Source: Kiritimatiellia bacterium (lineage in GTDB: Bacteria > Verrucomicrobiota > Kiritimatiellia > RFP12 > UBA1067). From it: DNA of 64,000 nt. Position 1 is the first letter of the stretch. Each line of letters starts with the position of its first letter. Both the position numbers and the translations under genes were made by a program. Shown piece by piece: positions 53,988-61,964 of this stretch. The notes beneath the pieces were generated by a model. That model was given only the letters and a program-made list of their open reading frames with translations. It did no database searches and had not been told where the DNA came from. Where the stretch lies: positions 10,180 to 74,179 of the forward strand of contig JAEDKA010000008.1 of NCBI GenBank assembly GCA_016296065.1. Direction: 5' to 3'.

Positions 53988-56483
53988 TCAGGGTTCTTCT
54001 TCATGCAGAATCAGCGAAAGCCTGTACTTGCGTCCGGAATGGACGCGAAACTGCGGCAGCGCTCTGGCATGCGCACTCCATGAATCGTCACCGCCCACGC
54101 CCATCTGTGCCGCGTCGATATTTACGGTAAGCGTTCCGTCAGGCTCCGGCAGTTCCTCGACATGACGCGCATGCTCAAGGTCCTGCTGCGTCCACGGCCA
54201 GACATTGAAGCCAAAGGACGAGCCATCCGCCGCTTCAACAACCAGCGTGCCGATTTCAAGTCGTGTCGTCTCCGTCCTGTATCCCTGCTCGCCGGGAATG
54301 ACATAGTTGTTGGGATTGAGCTCCGCTACGCTCATCTGCCATTCGCCGACATTCGTCGCCGCCCTGCGGTCGCAGTAGTTCTCCCACGGCCCGCGCCCCC
54401 TCCAGCGCACCAAGGTGTTCGTGCCGCCGCAAACGCGGAAAGTCAGCCCCGCGCGGGGTATGTCCGGCAATCCCTCCGCCGCGACGAACAGCCATTCGAC
54501 CTTCAAGGATCCATCTGGCAGCTCCTGCGTCGCGATATCGCTTGTGCAACCATCGGGGACTTTCCCCGTTTCGGTCGCATTCTTCCATATCCTGCAGACG
54601 CTCGGCATCTTCCAGCCCCTGTCGTTGTCCGTGGGCGCGCGATAGAAGTTCGGCTTGAACACGATGTCCCCGATCTGCCGGTCTGCGTGCGTGCCGCGGA
54701 GAGATGCGGACTGCCTCAGCGTCGCACCAGGCGCATTCGGCAGGGAAAGCGAACAGGCTCCGAGATTCAGCGCCCGTGCTTCCAGCGCAGAACCGTGCGG
54801 ACGGCGGAAGGCGTCGAAAATCCCGTTGCAGCAGAAGCCGCCGTCATTGGGACTGTCGCCGAAATCGCCGCCGTACTTCAGGTTCCCGTCTGCTCCGAGA
54901 AGCGCCTGATCTGCAAAATCCCAGATGAATCCGCCTTGATAATGCCGGTTTCTCGCGACAAGCTCCCAGTGCGATTCCTGCGAACCGCCCGCATTGCCCA
55001 TCGCATGGAGATATTCACACTGGACAAGCGGCTTCGGCGGCGCGTTCGTCACATATCCCTCGCACCTCGCCGCCGGCCAGTACATCGGAGCCAGAATGTC
55101 CGAATAGGGCACCGGCCTGTCTGTTGAATACTGAACCGGACGGGATTCGTCTATAGACTTGATCGCGTCATATTCAGCCTGAAGATTCTCGCCCTCCCAG
55201 CATTCGTTTCCGAGACTCCAGAAATAAATCGACGGATGATGACGGTAGGTCTTCACCATATTGACGCCTCGCTCCACGAAAGAACCGCGCCATTCCTTTC
55301 GGCAGGCGAGCGACCGACGCGCGTTCCCCTGCCCGGAGCCGTGACACTCCACATTGGCCTCGCAGACAAGCAACAGCCCGTATTTGTCGCACAGGCGATA
55401 CCAGTACGAGTCGTTCGGATAGTGACAAGTCCTTACCGCATTGAACCCATATTCTTTTATGAGTCTGACATCGCGCTCCATCTCCTCATGCGTGACCGCA
55501 TAGCCGCCGCGGGGGGACATCTCGTGCCGGTTGACCCCCCTGACAACGAGCCTCTCGCCATTCACGTAAACAACAGAATTTGAAATGGCGATGTCGCGGT
55601 ATCCGTCCGCCCATGCATACCAGTCGCCGTTTGCGGACTGCCAGGTGCGGACATAGAGCTTCGGGTTCTCCGGAGACCATTTCTCCGGATCCGCAACCGG
55701 CGGCAGATGTGCAGCGTCTCTGACATCGTGCGGCGTGTCGAGACCTTCCGCCTGAAGCCACACGTCGCGATAGATGCCGGAGAGCCTCCAGAAATCCTGA
55801 TCCTCCAGATACGAGCCGTCGCACCATCGATAGACAGAGACCTCGACAAGGTTTCCGCTCTTGTCCAGGTAAGGCGTGACGTCGAACTCCGCAGGCATGC
55901 GCGAATCCTCCGCATAGCCGACCTCTCGCCCGTTCATACGCAGAAAGAACGCCGAGGCGACGCCATTGAATCTCATGACGATGCGACGGCCTTTCCATCG
56001 GTCCGGCAACTTGAACGTGCGGCGATACACGCCAAGCGGATTTCGGTAGACGTACTGCGTGAAATTCGTCGGGGGATCCTCCATGATGTGCGGCGGATTG
56101 TTGACATGCGGGTATGTGTAGTTTGTGTAGATCGGGGGATCGTAATCGCCCTGTAGCTGCCAACATCCGGGCACGGCGATCCTGCCTCGCCTGACCGCGG
56201 CGGAGTCCGGTCTCGCCCGCCACTCGAATTCCCAATCGCCGTTCAACGACATGACATAAGGCGAATCTTCACGGGGTCTCTCGAGATTTGCCCACGCTCT
56301 GGCCGCAGTCTCGTTCGCGAACGGCACAAGCTCATCACGCGGAGCAAGAGTGTTGACGCGACTGACCGCCGGATCCTCCCAACAAGGAATTGCCGCTGTC
56401 TGTGCGCTGTTCGCCGCATCTCCAGCAGCAACCAGAACGCTTGCGAGGCCGATGAACGCTGTCTTTTTTAACAATCCTTTCAT
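53988..56483 (-). CDS. Glycoside hydrolase family 2 beta-galactosidase, secreted
   Basis: SLNGDWEFEW, NAVRTCHYPNDSYWYRLCDKYGLLLVCEANVECHG, FWSLGNE, CEYLHAMGN blocks. Confidence 0.85.
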   Translation of the reverse strand: MKGLLKKTAFIGLASVLVAAGDAANSAQTAAIPCWEDPAVSRVNTLAPRDELVPFANETAARAWANLERPREDSPYVMSLNGDWEFEWRARPDSAAVRRGRIAVPGCWQLQGDYDPPIYTNYTYPHVNNPPHIMEDPPTNFTQYVYRNPLGVYRRTFKLPDRWKGRRIVMRFNGVASAFFLRMNGREVGYAEDSRMPAEFDVTPYLDKSGNLVEVSVYRWCDGSYLEDQDFWRLSGIYRDVWLQAEGLDTPHDVRDAAHLPPVADPEKWSPENPKLYVRTWQSANGDWYAWADGYRDIAISNSVVYVNGERLVVRGVNRHEMSPRGGYAVTHEEMERDVRLIKEYGFNAVRTCHYPNDSYWYRLCDKYGLLLVCEANVECHGSGQGNARRSLACRKEWRGSFVERGVNMVKTYRHHPSIYFWSLGNECWEGENLQAEYDAIKSIDESRPVQYSTDRPVPYSDILAPMYWPAARCEGYVTNAPPKPLVQCEYLHAMGNAGGSQESHWELVARNRHYQGGFIWDFADQALLGADGNLKYGGDFGDSPNDGGFCCNGIFDAFRRPHGSALEARALNLGACSLSLPNAPGATLRQSASLRGTHADRQIGDIVFKPNFYRAPTDNDRGWKMPSVCRIWKNATETGKVPDGCTSDIATQELPDGSLKVEWLFVAAEGLPDIPRAGLTFRVCGGTNTLVRWRGRGPWENYCDRRAATNVGEWQMSVAELNPNNYVIPGEQGYRTETTRLEIGTLVVEAADGSSFGFNVWPWTQQDLEHARHVEELPEPDGTLTVNIDAAQMGVGGDDSWSAHARALPQFRVHSGRKYRLSLILHEEEP

Positions 56484-56525
56484 AAGTTTACGCCACTATT
56501 TTACACCCGGCTTTGCAGTTGTGCC

Positions 56526-56543
56526 ATCCCTTGATGGGGGGAG
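56526..56543. promoter_or_regulatory. ATCCC-N8-GGGAG inverted repeat, 22 nt upstream of the TAAAAT -10 box of the GH2 gene
   Basis: atcccttgatggggggag. Confidence 0.55.
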
Positions 56544-56545
56544 AC

Positions 56546-56573
56546 GGCGGTTTCATCGAAACCGCCCTACCAT
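56546..56573. repeat. 28-nt element GGCGGTTTCATCGAAACCGCCCTACCAT, copy 2, abutting the hipA stop codon
   Basis: Identical to 51531-51558. Confidence 0.8.
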
Positions 56574-57784
56574 TATTCTTTCAAACCCAGCGCCGCCTTC
56601 ACCTCTCGTATCACGCGCGGCGCGGTGCCGAGCGCGAAGCGGTCGGCGACCTGCAAGAGGTCGTCGTCGGTTATCTTCGACTGCTTGCCGTTGACGGAGA
56701 GCTGGTGTCGCCCGCCATGCGCTGACCACGGGTCGTCAGACGGGAATCGCGAGCCTGTCAGGTCGTATGCCGGCGCAAGCCGCCAGACACCATCCTCTTT
56801 CATCATGAACGAAAAGTTCTTCGTGTGGTCGTCGCATTCGTCTATCGCGACATTGAACACAATCCTCCGAAACGCCTGTTCAAGCGCCTCGTAGCCAAGA
56901 TGCAGCGCGTCAACCGTCGCCAGATACTGCTCGTATGTCCTGAATTCCAGCGGCACGGACATCGGAAAGTGAGCCATGGCCGAAAGCGTCTGGACATGAA
57001 AGTGCCGCGAGCCGTCCCTGTCAAAGCGCTTTGTCATGAAATGGCCGAGTCCGTCCAGTTCGTACAGCGTCGACTCGCACATGTCGACCCCGGCATCCCG
57101 CGCCTTTTGATACATCGCGTATTCAGTCGGGCCGCGCCACGGATATTCCCGCGGCGTAAACTTGATTATCCAGTGCTCAAACCCTTCCGGAAGATCACGG
57201 TCGCCGAAAAGAAACTGACCTGTCTCGCGATTCCAGCCGACGAGGGCCTTCGCCTGCGCACCTCCGACCGAAGAGCCTATCCTTATGATCGCCCTGAGAG
57301 CCTCGTCGCCGTCCAGATCTGCAAGCTCGCCGTTGGCAGCTTTCCTGGCCGCTTCCACAAGGTTGCGCATCTCAAATGCCGCCGGCCGCCCGCCAGGGCC
57401 TCGGTCAGGCTCGTACGTCAACGCGCCAACGGCCCGCCGGCCTATGTAGGCAAGCCTGTCCAGCGCCGTGATCTCGGAGCGGACATATCCCTTCTCCGTC
57501 AACCAACGATCGACGAGACCTCTGCCGAACGCATCCGGCAGCGAATCGGCAAATGCCGGCGGAAGTCCCTCGTACTCGCTGCGCGGCAGATCGGCAAACG
57601 CATACGGCTCTCTGCGAAGCGGCATCATCAGCGGCGCAATCTCAAGACCGGACTTGAGAAACTTGCGGTCGTACTGAAAAGCATACGTCTCGCCGCGCGA
57701 GTCTACGGGAACGATGATGCCGACACGCTGTCCCCATAGCGACACCATCACGCGACCGACATGCTTGAATTCAGACATGGACAA
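56573..57784 (-). CDS. hipA: HipA-family serine/threonine kinase toxin
   Basis: 403 aa. N-terminal coupling domain. GSSVGGAQAK P-loop-like motif and DDHTKNFSF catalytic motif. Confidence 0.85.
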   Translation of the reverse strand: MSMSEFKHVGRVMVSLWGQRVGIIVPVDSRGETYAFQYDRKFLKSGLEIAPLMMPLRREPYAFADLPRSEYEGLPPAFADSLPDAFGRGLVDRWLTEKGYVRSEITALDRLAYIGRRAVGALTYEPDRGPGGRPAAFEMRNLVEAARKAANGELADLDGDEALRAIIRIGSSVGGAQAKALVGWNRETGQFLFGDRDLPEGFEHWIIKFTPREYPWRGPTEYAMYQKARDAGVDMCESTLYELDGLGHFMTKRFDRDGSRHFHVQTLSAMAHFPMSVPLEFRTYEQYLATVDALHLGYEALEQAFRRIVFNVAIDECDDHTKNFSFMMKEDGVWRLAPAYDLTGSRFPSDDPWSAHGGRHQLSVNGKQSKITDDDLLQVADRFALGTAPRVIREVKAALGLKE

Positions 57785-58088
57785 CTCCTTTCCCCTTGCG
57801 ACCGGCGCGCTGGCGTCTGGATGCGCCGGACGCCCTTCGCTCGAAAAGCGAATCGTCTATCTCGGGCGGCGCCAATTCCATAAGCCAATCGGTCTTGCGC
57901 AATGTACGACAACAGGATAGAAGAGAAAGCGTAGACGAATTCTCGCCGGCCTCAAGATTGCGTACCGCTTTCAGAGAGATTCCGCTTCTCTCCGCCAATG
58001 TCTGCTGCGATAGATTATCCGCCAATCTTAACGCCCTCAGATTGCTGCCAAGCGTCTTCAGCATTTCATCTCGAGTCTTATATATCAT
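57771..58088 (-). CDS. hipB: XRE-family HTH antitoxin (HipB-like)
   Basis: LSQQTLAERSGISLKAVRNLEAG HTH. 14-nt overlap with hipA. Palindromic operators upstream. Confidence 0.8.
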   Translation of the reverse strand: MIYKTRDEMLKTLGSNLRALRLADNLSQQTLAERSGISLKAVRNLEAGENSSTLSLLSCCRTLRKTDWLMELAPPEIDDSLFERRASGASRRQRAGRKGKGVVHV

Positions 58089-58119
58089 AACATGCCTTAT
58101 AAGGGTGAAAATCGGCTAT

Positions 58120-58128
58120 ATTGTAGCA
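58120..58128 (-). promoter_or_regulatory. Extended -10 TGCTACAAT of hipBA, flanked by palindromes CCTTATAAGG (58095-58104) and CCCTATAAGG (58136-58145)
   Basis: Read directly from the sequence. Confidence 0.6.
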
Positions 58129-58137
58129 CAACATTCC

Positions 58138-58887
58138 CTATAAGGTCAATACTACCTCTGCCACATTCGCGGAAAAAGCGGGTATGATGAGGCTGGAAGC
58201 CGTGAACTCAAGTTCGCGTATCGCAACGGTGTCTGGCGATTCCATTGTGTTCTTCGCATCAAGCGCGATTTCGACGCTCTCCCCTTTTTCAAGACGCCTG
58301 TTGACGTCGATAGTTTCATCGGCGGTAGCGAGAGGATAGCGCGCAATCTCGCGATAGAAGTTGAACTTTGCGTCACGGCCGCAACCGGCATCATGACTGG
58401 GGGAAGCGGCGTCTCGCCGCTTTTCACAACAAGGGAGACTTCCTTTTTGACGAAGCGGCGGGACGCCGCTTCCCCCAGTCAAAGCTCCTCCGTCAATCAA
58501 ATCCACCCGACTTGAGACTTCCACTCTCCACACGAGCTGCTTCATTGACTCCTCGGGTTTGATCCAGGGTCCGCCGCAGGCGGAATATCCAGGCGAGTTG
58601 TGGAGCGAAAGCTCCATCCCGAGTCGCTTCGCCTCGCGGCTCGCCCATGCGACGCAGTCCTTCCACTCCGCGCTCGCGTAGTCCGCCTTGCCGCGCTTCG
58701 CTCCGATGCCGACGTCGAAGATCATCGCCGCCTGGATCCCGCCCGCTTTCATGTACTCCAGGTCGGCGGTGATGCCATCTTTGGAGATATTGCCGTTCAT
58801 CCAGTGCCAGTAGCAGTCGGTCATGACTTCCGAAAACGAAGTCATGGAGAGCGCCACACCGCAGACAACCGCATATAATTTCTTCAT
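58138..58887 (-). pseudogene. Truncated GH106-like (rhamnosidase-family TIM-barrel) glycosidase N-terminal fragment carrying an in-frame 88-bp hairpin-repeat insertion
   Basis: YWHWMNGNISKDGITADLEYMKAGGI...SPGYSACGGPWIKPEESMKQLVW matches N-termini of ~1000-aa enzymes, but the ORF stops after 249 aa at the hipB operator. Repeat at 58394-58481. Confidence 0.5.
58394..58481. repeat. Second 88-bp copy of the same inverted-repeat element (29-nt arms, 30-nt spacer), inside the GH106-like ORF
   Basis: Read directly from the sequence. Confidence 0.8.
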
Positions 58888-58893
58888 GCGACC

Positions 58894-58899
58894 ATTATA
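58894..58899 (-). promoter_or_regulatory. -10 TATAAT, 6 nt before ATG 58887 (GH106-like fragment)
   Basis: Read directly from the sequence. Confidence 0.55.
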
Positions 58900-58921
58900 C
58901 ATCAGGGGCAGGACGCCGCAA

Positions 58922-58939
58922 ATCCCCCTATGAAGGGAT
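58922..58939. promoter_or_regulatory. ATCCC-N8-GGGAT inverted repeat, 22 nt upstream of the -10 box of the GH106-like fragment
   Basis: atccccctatgaagggat. Confidence 0.55.
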
Positions 58940-58992
58940 TATCCGCACCGACAGGCGATTAGATGCCTACGGCACTTGACGATGAACTATCC

Positions 58993-61119
58993 TTAAAGCT
59001 CCACAAGCCCGTCACCGGCTTTGCCTTCGACGCGCTTCATGGTTCCGTCCGGAAGCTTCAGAGCAGCGGAGAAGTCGTCGCCCTGCCATTCAAGGTTTTC
59101 GAGAACGATTCCGCCGCGCAGCAGCAGTCCCTTTATCGAGCCCGACTTCCACTCCGTCGGCTTCGCCGGGAGAAAGCGCACATAGCCTTCCTCGGAATGG
59201 ACGAGCATTTCGGAGATGAGATACGGATATCCGCCGGAGATGTCGGTGTTGAAGCAGTTCTTCCAGTCGTGGCACGAGCCGCCGCCCCTGAGCCAGTTCT
59301 TTTCCGTGAGTAGCTTGAGGCACCGCGCCGCGCGCGCGGCATCGCCGATCTTGCACGCGGCGAGTCCGTTCTGCACGTACCCAAACGCCATCGTGCGCGA
59401 ACGGTTCTCATTGAAGTCCATGCGCGCGTCGATCGTCTTTCCGACGGCCGCGACGAGCGCGGCGTTCGTGAGGATCTCCGCCGGCGCGTCGTCGTAGAGT
59501 GCGTAGAGATGAGAGGCGTGGCGATGCTCGTTGTTGTCCGGCTGCCCCGGCGCGAGCCACTCGGCGAAGAATCCGTTTTCGCTAACCCGGTACGGCGTGA
59601 GGCGTGCGCGCAGCGCGGACCATTTGCCGCGATCCTCCGCGTCAACACCAAGCGCCTCCGCCGCGTGCGCGACCTCGCCGAGGAACTGCTTGGCGATGGC
59701 GACATCCATCGTCGCGTTTACCGCCGTCGGACGCTTCCCCCACGGCCAGTTCTCGGGCGAATAGGACGGATTGAACCCGAGCGTTCCGTCCGGCATTTCC
59801 TTAAGGACGTCCTCGTAGTACTGCGCGACTTCCTTCATGAGCGGATAGATGCGCTTCAGCCACGCAACATCGCGCGTGTGGCGGTATCCGTCGTAGAGAC
59901 GCGAGAGAAGCCACGCCGCGCCGCCGTGCCAGTAGACGTGCGGATAGTTCGCGTTCGAATCGGTCTCCACTCCTGAAACCGTAGTCTGCGCGGCGGCGCG
60001 GAATCCACGCGCGCCGAAGTGACGCCTCGCCGCGTCGCGCATTTCGGGAAGCCGCGCCTCGATCCACTTGAGAAGGCTTTCGTTGAACTCCGGCGTGTTG
60101 CCGCGGCAGAAGAAGGAAATCGCGCACGGAAGGTTCCCGTTCACGGTGAAGCTCGCGAACCAAGGCGCGCTCCAGGTTCCGGCCCACAGTCCCTGGAGGT
60201 TCGGCACGTGGTCGCCTCCAACGGAAGAAATGATGTTGTACCTTCCGGAATTGAAGTTGCGCACGATCTCCGCCGCGTTCGCCGGGCCTTCGAGAGCGAA
60301 CGACACACGGCCCATGAGCTCCTTCTGCTTTGCGGCGCTTTCTGCCAGAAGCGCATCATACCCCTTCTCCGCCGCAGCCGCAAGATGCGCCTCCATCGCC
60401 GCGCGATTGGAAGTCTGTCCCTTCAGCAGCGGTTCTATCGCCACATAAACCTCGGAAATCTTTGCGTCCTTTGCGTTCTTTGCGGCTAACAGCAAAACCT
60501 CATACCCCGCGAGCTTGTTCCACGGGTTCGCGTTCCTGAACTCGCAGCGATAGTAGTCAGGCTCCGAAACGATGCGGCAAATCCCCTTCGCGAACGCGGA
60601 AATATCCATCCTTCCTGAAGGCGCGATTCCGGCGAGCGCAAACGAGGCATCACCCTTCGTCTCGTCATTCACCTTGACGGCGATGATGTTCGCACCGCGC
60701 AGCGCGACGACGCGGCGCTCGTAGCGGCGTCCCTTGCCGTCCTTCGCAAGAACGATGCATTCGCCAGTATCGAAGTCCGTCCGACGCGAATATTCGACAG
60801 GCTTGCCGAACCGCATTGATATCTTGAGGTCGCACGCGGCCATGAATCCGTCGCGGTTGTTGTAGTCGCCTGGATTGCGGCGCGGATGATTGACGAGCGC
60901 GGGCGGCGTGTCGCCCGGTTCGGGAAGATACAGCTTGCAGTGGCTGAGATGGATCGCTTCATCTTCGATCCGCCCCTCGACCATTGCCCCGATCGTGCCG
61001 TTGCCGGTCAGCAGCGACTCCTGCCAGTTGGCGGCAGACGCGTGCTCGATCAATTCCGCGCCGCCAGACGCGCAAGCCACGACGGCCACAGCGCACAAAG
61101 CAAAGAATCTCGTTCTCAT
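58993..61119 (-). CDS. GH95-like (alpha/alpha)6 glycosidase (fucosidase/galactosidase family), secreted
   Basis: 708 aa. Signal peptide. NLQGLWAGTWSAPWFASFTVNGNL resembles the GH95 LQGIWN...PPW...NIN block. Confidence 0.5.
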   Translation of the reverse strand: MRTRFFALCAVAVVACASGGAELIEHASAANWQESLLTGNGTIGAMVEGRIEDEAIHLSHCKLYLPEPGDTPPALVNHPRRNPGDYNNRDGFMAACDLKISMRFGKPVEYSRRTDFDTGECIVLAKDGKGRRYERRVVALRGANIIAVKVNDETKGDASFALAGIAPSGRMDISAFAKGICRIVSEPDYYRCEFRNANPWNKLAGYEVLLLAAKNAKDAKISEVYVAIEPLLKGQTSNRAAMEAHLAAAAEKGYDALLAESAAKQKELMGRVSFALEGPANAAEIVRNFNSGRYNIISSVGGDHVPNLQGLWAGTWSAPWFASFTVNGNLPCAISFFCRGNTPEFNESLLKWIEARLPEMRDAARRHFGARGFRAAAQTTVSGVETDSNANYPHVYWHGGAAWLLSRLYDGYRHTRDVAWLKRIYPLMKEVAQYYEDVLKEMPDGTLGFNPSYSPENWPWGKRPTAVNATMDVAIAKQFLGEVAHAAEALGVDAEDRGKWSALRARLTPYRVSENGFFAEWLAPGQPDNNEHRHASHLYALYDDAPAEILTNAALVAAVGKTIDARMDFNENRSRTMAFGYVQNGLAACKIGDAARAARCLKLLTEKNWLRGGGSCHDWKNCFNTDISGGYPYLISEMLVHSEEGYVRFLPAKPTEWKSGSIKGLLLRGGIVLENLEWQGDDFSAALKLPDGTMKRVEGKAGDGLVEL

Positions 61120-61125
61120 GGCATG

Positions 61126-61134
61126 ATTCTACCA
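61126..61134 (-). promoter_or_regulatory. Extended -10 TGGTAGAAT, 6 nt before the GH95-like ATG 61119
   Basis: Read directly from the sequence. Confidence 0.6.
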
Positions 61135-61153
61135 CAAACCACCTGCGCACGCC

Positions 61154-61174
61154 ATCCCTCATCTGGGGGGGGAT
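61154..61174. promoter_or_regulatory. ATCCC-N11-GGGAT variant, proximal half-site 22 nt upstream of the GH95-like -10 box
   Basis: atccctcatctggggggggat. Confidence 0.45.
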
Positions 61175-61282
61175 AAGCCATGACTTTTTTCCGCCACGGC
61201 GTTCGTCAACTCGTCACGAACATTGCAGTAGTTACCGCACCGCACCGTAATCGTCACTTGCGCACCGATCGTCCGCGGCACA

Positions 61283-61924
61283 TCAGCCGCGGATCTGCTT
61301 CGCGAGCGCCGCCGCGTCGGACGCGAGCTTTTCGATCGCCGCCCAGTCTCCGGACGCGATTGCGTCCTTCGGGGCGATCCACGTTCCGCCGCAGCAAATG
61401 ATCTCCTTGACGGCGAGATAGTCCGCGACATTGGAAAGCTTCACGCCGCCCGTGGGCATGAACTTGACGCCCGTCCAGCGGAACGCACCAAGGAGGTCCT
61501 TGATGTACTTGACTCCTCCCGCGGACTCCGCAGGGAAGAACTTCACCATCTTGCATCCGAGCGCAAGCGCCTGGCTGAGTTCGCTCGCCGTCGCGATACC
61601 GGGGCAGAACGGAATCCCAAGCTCGTTCGCCGCCTTGACGATCGCAGGGTCGAAGCCGGGCGCAACGCACGCCTCCGCGCCCGCCTCCTTCGCGGCGACG
61701 AGCTGCTTCAGCGTGAGAACCGTGCCCGCAATGAGAATCGCGCCCGGAACCTCCGCCTTGATCTTCGCAATCGCCTCCGCCGCGCAGGAGGTGCGGAACG
61801 TCACCTCGAGAACGGGCAACCCGCCCTTCACGAGCGCGTTCGCAAGCGGAACGGCCTTGTCGATGTCTTCGATAACAATGACGGGGATGATTCCCGCGTC
61901 GCCAAGTGTCTTGATCATGTCCAT
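61283..61924 (-). CDS. eda: KDPG/KHG aldolase
   Basis: IIPVIVIEDIDKAVPLANALVKGGLPVLEVTFRT, FMPTGGV. 213 aa. Confidence 0.85.
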   Translation of the reverse strand: MDMIKTLGDAGIIPVIVIEDIDKAVPLANALVKGGLPVLEVTFRTSCAAEAIAKIKAEVPGAILIAGTVLTLKQLVAAKEAGAEACVAPGFDPAIVKAANELGIPFCPGIATASELSQALALGCKMVKFFPAESAGGVKYIKDLLGAFRWTGVKFMPTGGVKLSNVADYLAVKEIICCGGTWIAPKDAIASGDWAAIEKLASDAAALAKQIRG

Positions 61925-61936
61925 GATTTTCTGTCG

Positions 61937-61964
61937 TTAAAGGTTGAAGGTTAAAGGTTGAAGG
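61937..61964 (-). repeat. Two tandem 14-mers (CCTTCAACCTTTAA on the coding strand) between the kdgK stop and the eda start
   Basis: Read directly from the sequence. Confidence 0.8.
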
